From positions 1 to 7,851 of the forward strand of contig JBJCIZ010000065.1 of the NCBI GenBank assembly GCA_051294375.1: a stretch of DNA of 7,851 nt. Direction: 5' to 3'. Positions 6,263 through 7,851 of this stretch are shown piece after piece. Below the pieces are notes generated by a model. It made no database searches and was not told where the DNA came from. It saw only the letters and a list, made by a program, of their open reading frames with translations. This DNA comes from Paraspadella gotoi. Its lineage: Eukaryota > Animalia > Chaetognatha. Positions within the stretch are counted from its first letter, which is position 1. Every line of letters starts with the position of its first letter. Both the position numbers and the translations under genes were made by a program.

Positions 6263-7618
6263 ATGATGGCGAATTCTCATACCAGAGTTCTGATTGAACC
6301 GGGTTCAACCACTTTGATCATGACCCTTCACCCGGTCGCGATCGGTATGGCGGCCGCCTGGATCGCATATGGTCGAAGGAAGTACGGCGAACCTGTTTAC
6401 GCCGTTCTCGATGCTTTGTCTGAGGAGGAGTTGGAGAGAAGGATCGGGCCTTGGGCCGACTCAGGGGACCTCGTAGCCCTGCTCCCGCCGGAGAGTGCAT
6501 TGGTTGCATTTGGAGGATGCGAGACCGCAGAGAAGGCCGGTCCATCACCATTACTGACCGCGCCCATTGGAGCGATACACGATCGATCTCCAGCGCTCCA
6601 ACTTGCTCGTCGCCAGGATGCAAACCAGAAGTTTTCAAGATCAAGCGGAGGCCCGGCAGACTTTGAGTCGAGCGATCTCGGCGGAGGTTGCTCCCCCTCG
6701 GGGTGTGATCTTCGTGGCAGCTCCTTCCTCTTCTGCTCCCCCTCCCCCTCCTGGTCCTCCTCCTCCTACTCGCTCCGCCTGCGCCGGCTCCGCCGGCGCG
6801 GCGCGTAGTGTTGGTGGATGAGCCGGACCGGCCCGAGGCGGAGGCGGAGCGCCCCCCTGCCGGTTATTTCAAGATTACCCGGCCGGGGAGGAGAAGAAAG
6901 AAGAGGAACGAGCGGGCCAGTCTATACACAACTTGAGATCGATCGCCTTTAAAGAAAGAATCGCTACGAATAATGCCGCGGCAGCCGGTAACGGCGCCGC
7001 GGCGGCTCTTCCTCAGCCTTCCCCGGCCGAGTTGCCTGCCGGTACCGGCGGACAACCAACCGGGCCTCCTAGAACAGAGAAGAATCAAGAGGAGAAGATG
7101 GAAGAAGATGATGATGATCCTCTCCGTCTCCGCGGTTTGGTGGTCCGCTCGACGCCCTCAGTGAGAGGACCGGAGGAGGCCGGCATCAGCTTCCCCCATC
7201 TTCAGCAGCCCGGAACGTCGAAGTCTTGGTTTGACCGAGTCATGGNNNNNNNNNNNNNNNNNNNNNNNNNNNNNNNNNNNNNNNNNNNNNNNNNNNNNNN
7301 NNNNNNNNNNNNNNNNNNNNNNNNNNNNNNNNNNNNNNNNNNNNNNNNNNNNNNNNNNNNNNNNNNNNNNNNNNNNNNNNNNNNNNNNNNNNNNNNNNNN
7401 NNNNNNNNNNNNNNNNNNNNNNNNNNNNNNNNNNNNNNNNNNNNNNNNNNNNNNNNNNNNNNNACGCGGAGATTGAGGCCGATTTATCGGCCGGGGTTTC
7501 GGGTCGAGTTGCGATGCACTCGCCCAAGATAACATCCACCCTGGTGTTCGACATCACGACACCCACGGAACCCGGACAGACGAGGTTTAAAACAATCGTA
7601 TCAAGTGAAATCTATTGA
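6263..7618 (+). pseudogene. Extra ORF downstream of pol (unknown protein; possible RRM-like N-terminus, Pro/Gly/Ala-rich and acidic middle), interrupted
   Basis: MMANSHTRVLIEPG... starts at 6263. An inferred frameshift near 6540-6566 leads into LERYTIDLQRS...PPPPPGPPPP. There is one in-frame TGA at 6819-6821, then the frame is open to the gap at 7245. After the gap, AEIEADLSAG...IVSSEIY* runs 7466-7618. The block is GC-rich between AT-rich flanks. Confidence 0.45.
7246..7463. other. Assembly gap (218 N)
   Basis: Run of N. Frame continuity across it cannot be assessed. Confidence 1.
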
Positions 7619-7653
7619 AATTAATTAAATATCTCCAAACACAATATTTAAAT

Positions 7654-7762
7654 CTTGCCTTATTCTCCCCTTTATTTTTTCTTTCTCCTTTTCTTTTCTT
7701 TACTTCCCCCCCCTTCTCTTTCCCATCTTCCCTCACATAATCTCCCATTCCTTTTTCTCCAG
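7654..7762 (+). promoter_or_regulatory. Very long polypyrimidine tract ending in a putative splice acceptor
   Basis: About 100 nt almost entirely C/T, ending ctttttctccag (AG at 7761-7762). An open frame PRIVDPTVPDPPVDLEVRVVELAIFSPAP follows to the window edge. Confidence 0.5.
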
Positions 7763-7851
7763 ACCGCGAATCGTAGATCCTACCGTTCCCGACCCTCCTG
7801 TCGACCTAGAGGTCAGGGTTGTGGAGCTGGCCATTTTTTCTCCAGCTCCAG

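Noticed and set aside
6819-6821. In-frame TGA in the extra ORF as a second readthrough site
   Set aside because: The context is TGA-GCC, not a known leaky context. A CGA or GGA to TGA mutation is simpler.
6885-6908. Purine run as a polypurine tract
   Set aside because: It is not followed by a TG LTR start and it encodes GEEKKEEE in the extra ORF frame.
7122-7139. LRLRG resembling the ubiquitin C-terminus LRLRGG
   Set aside because: The sixth residue is Leu and there is no ubiquitin fold upstream. Worth rechecking only if the consensus of copies has GG.

Overview
This is a eukaryotic window dominated by a decayed BEL/Pao-type LTR retrotransposon on the + strand. Domain order is Gag (DUF1759-like core plus a CCHC knuckle), DSG aspartic protease, reverse transcriptase (RT), RNase H, then HHCC/DDE integrase. 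The RT is broken: about half is deleted, it has frameshifts, and the YVDD aspartates are lost. RNase H and integrase remain one open frame. Two things stand out. (1) gag and pol are in the same frame, separated by one TGA in the readthrough context TGA-CTAG and followed by a long GC-rich stem-loop, which looks like a programmed stop-codon readthrough cassette. (2) No polypurine tract or 3' LTR follows pol. Instead there is a perfect 26-bp palindrome, a strong splice acceptor and a further non-Env ORF, possibly RRM-like, then another acceptor and an open frame. This suggests a BEL/Pao lineage carrying accessory genes on spliced RNAs. A 218-N gap interrupts the extra ORF. LTRs, PBS and host species cannot be established from this window. 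All domain calls come from reading motifs by eye, not from database searches.
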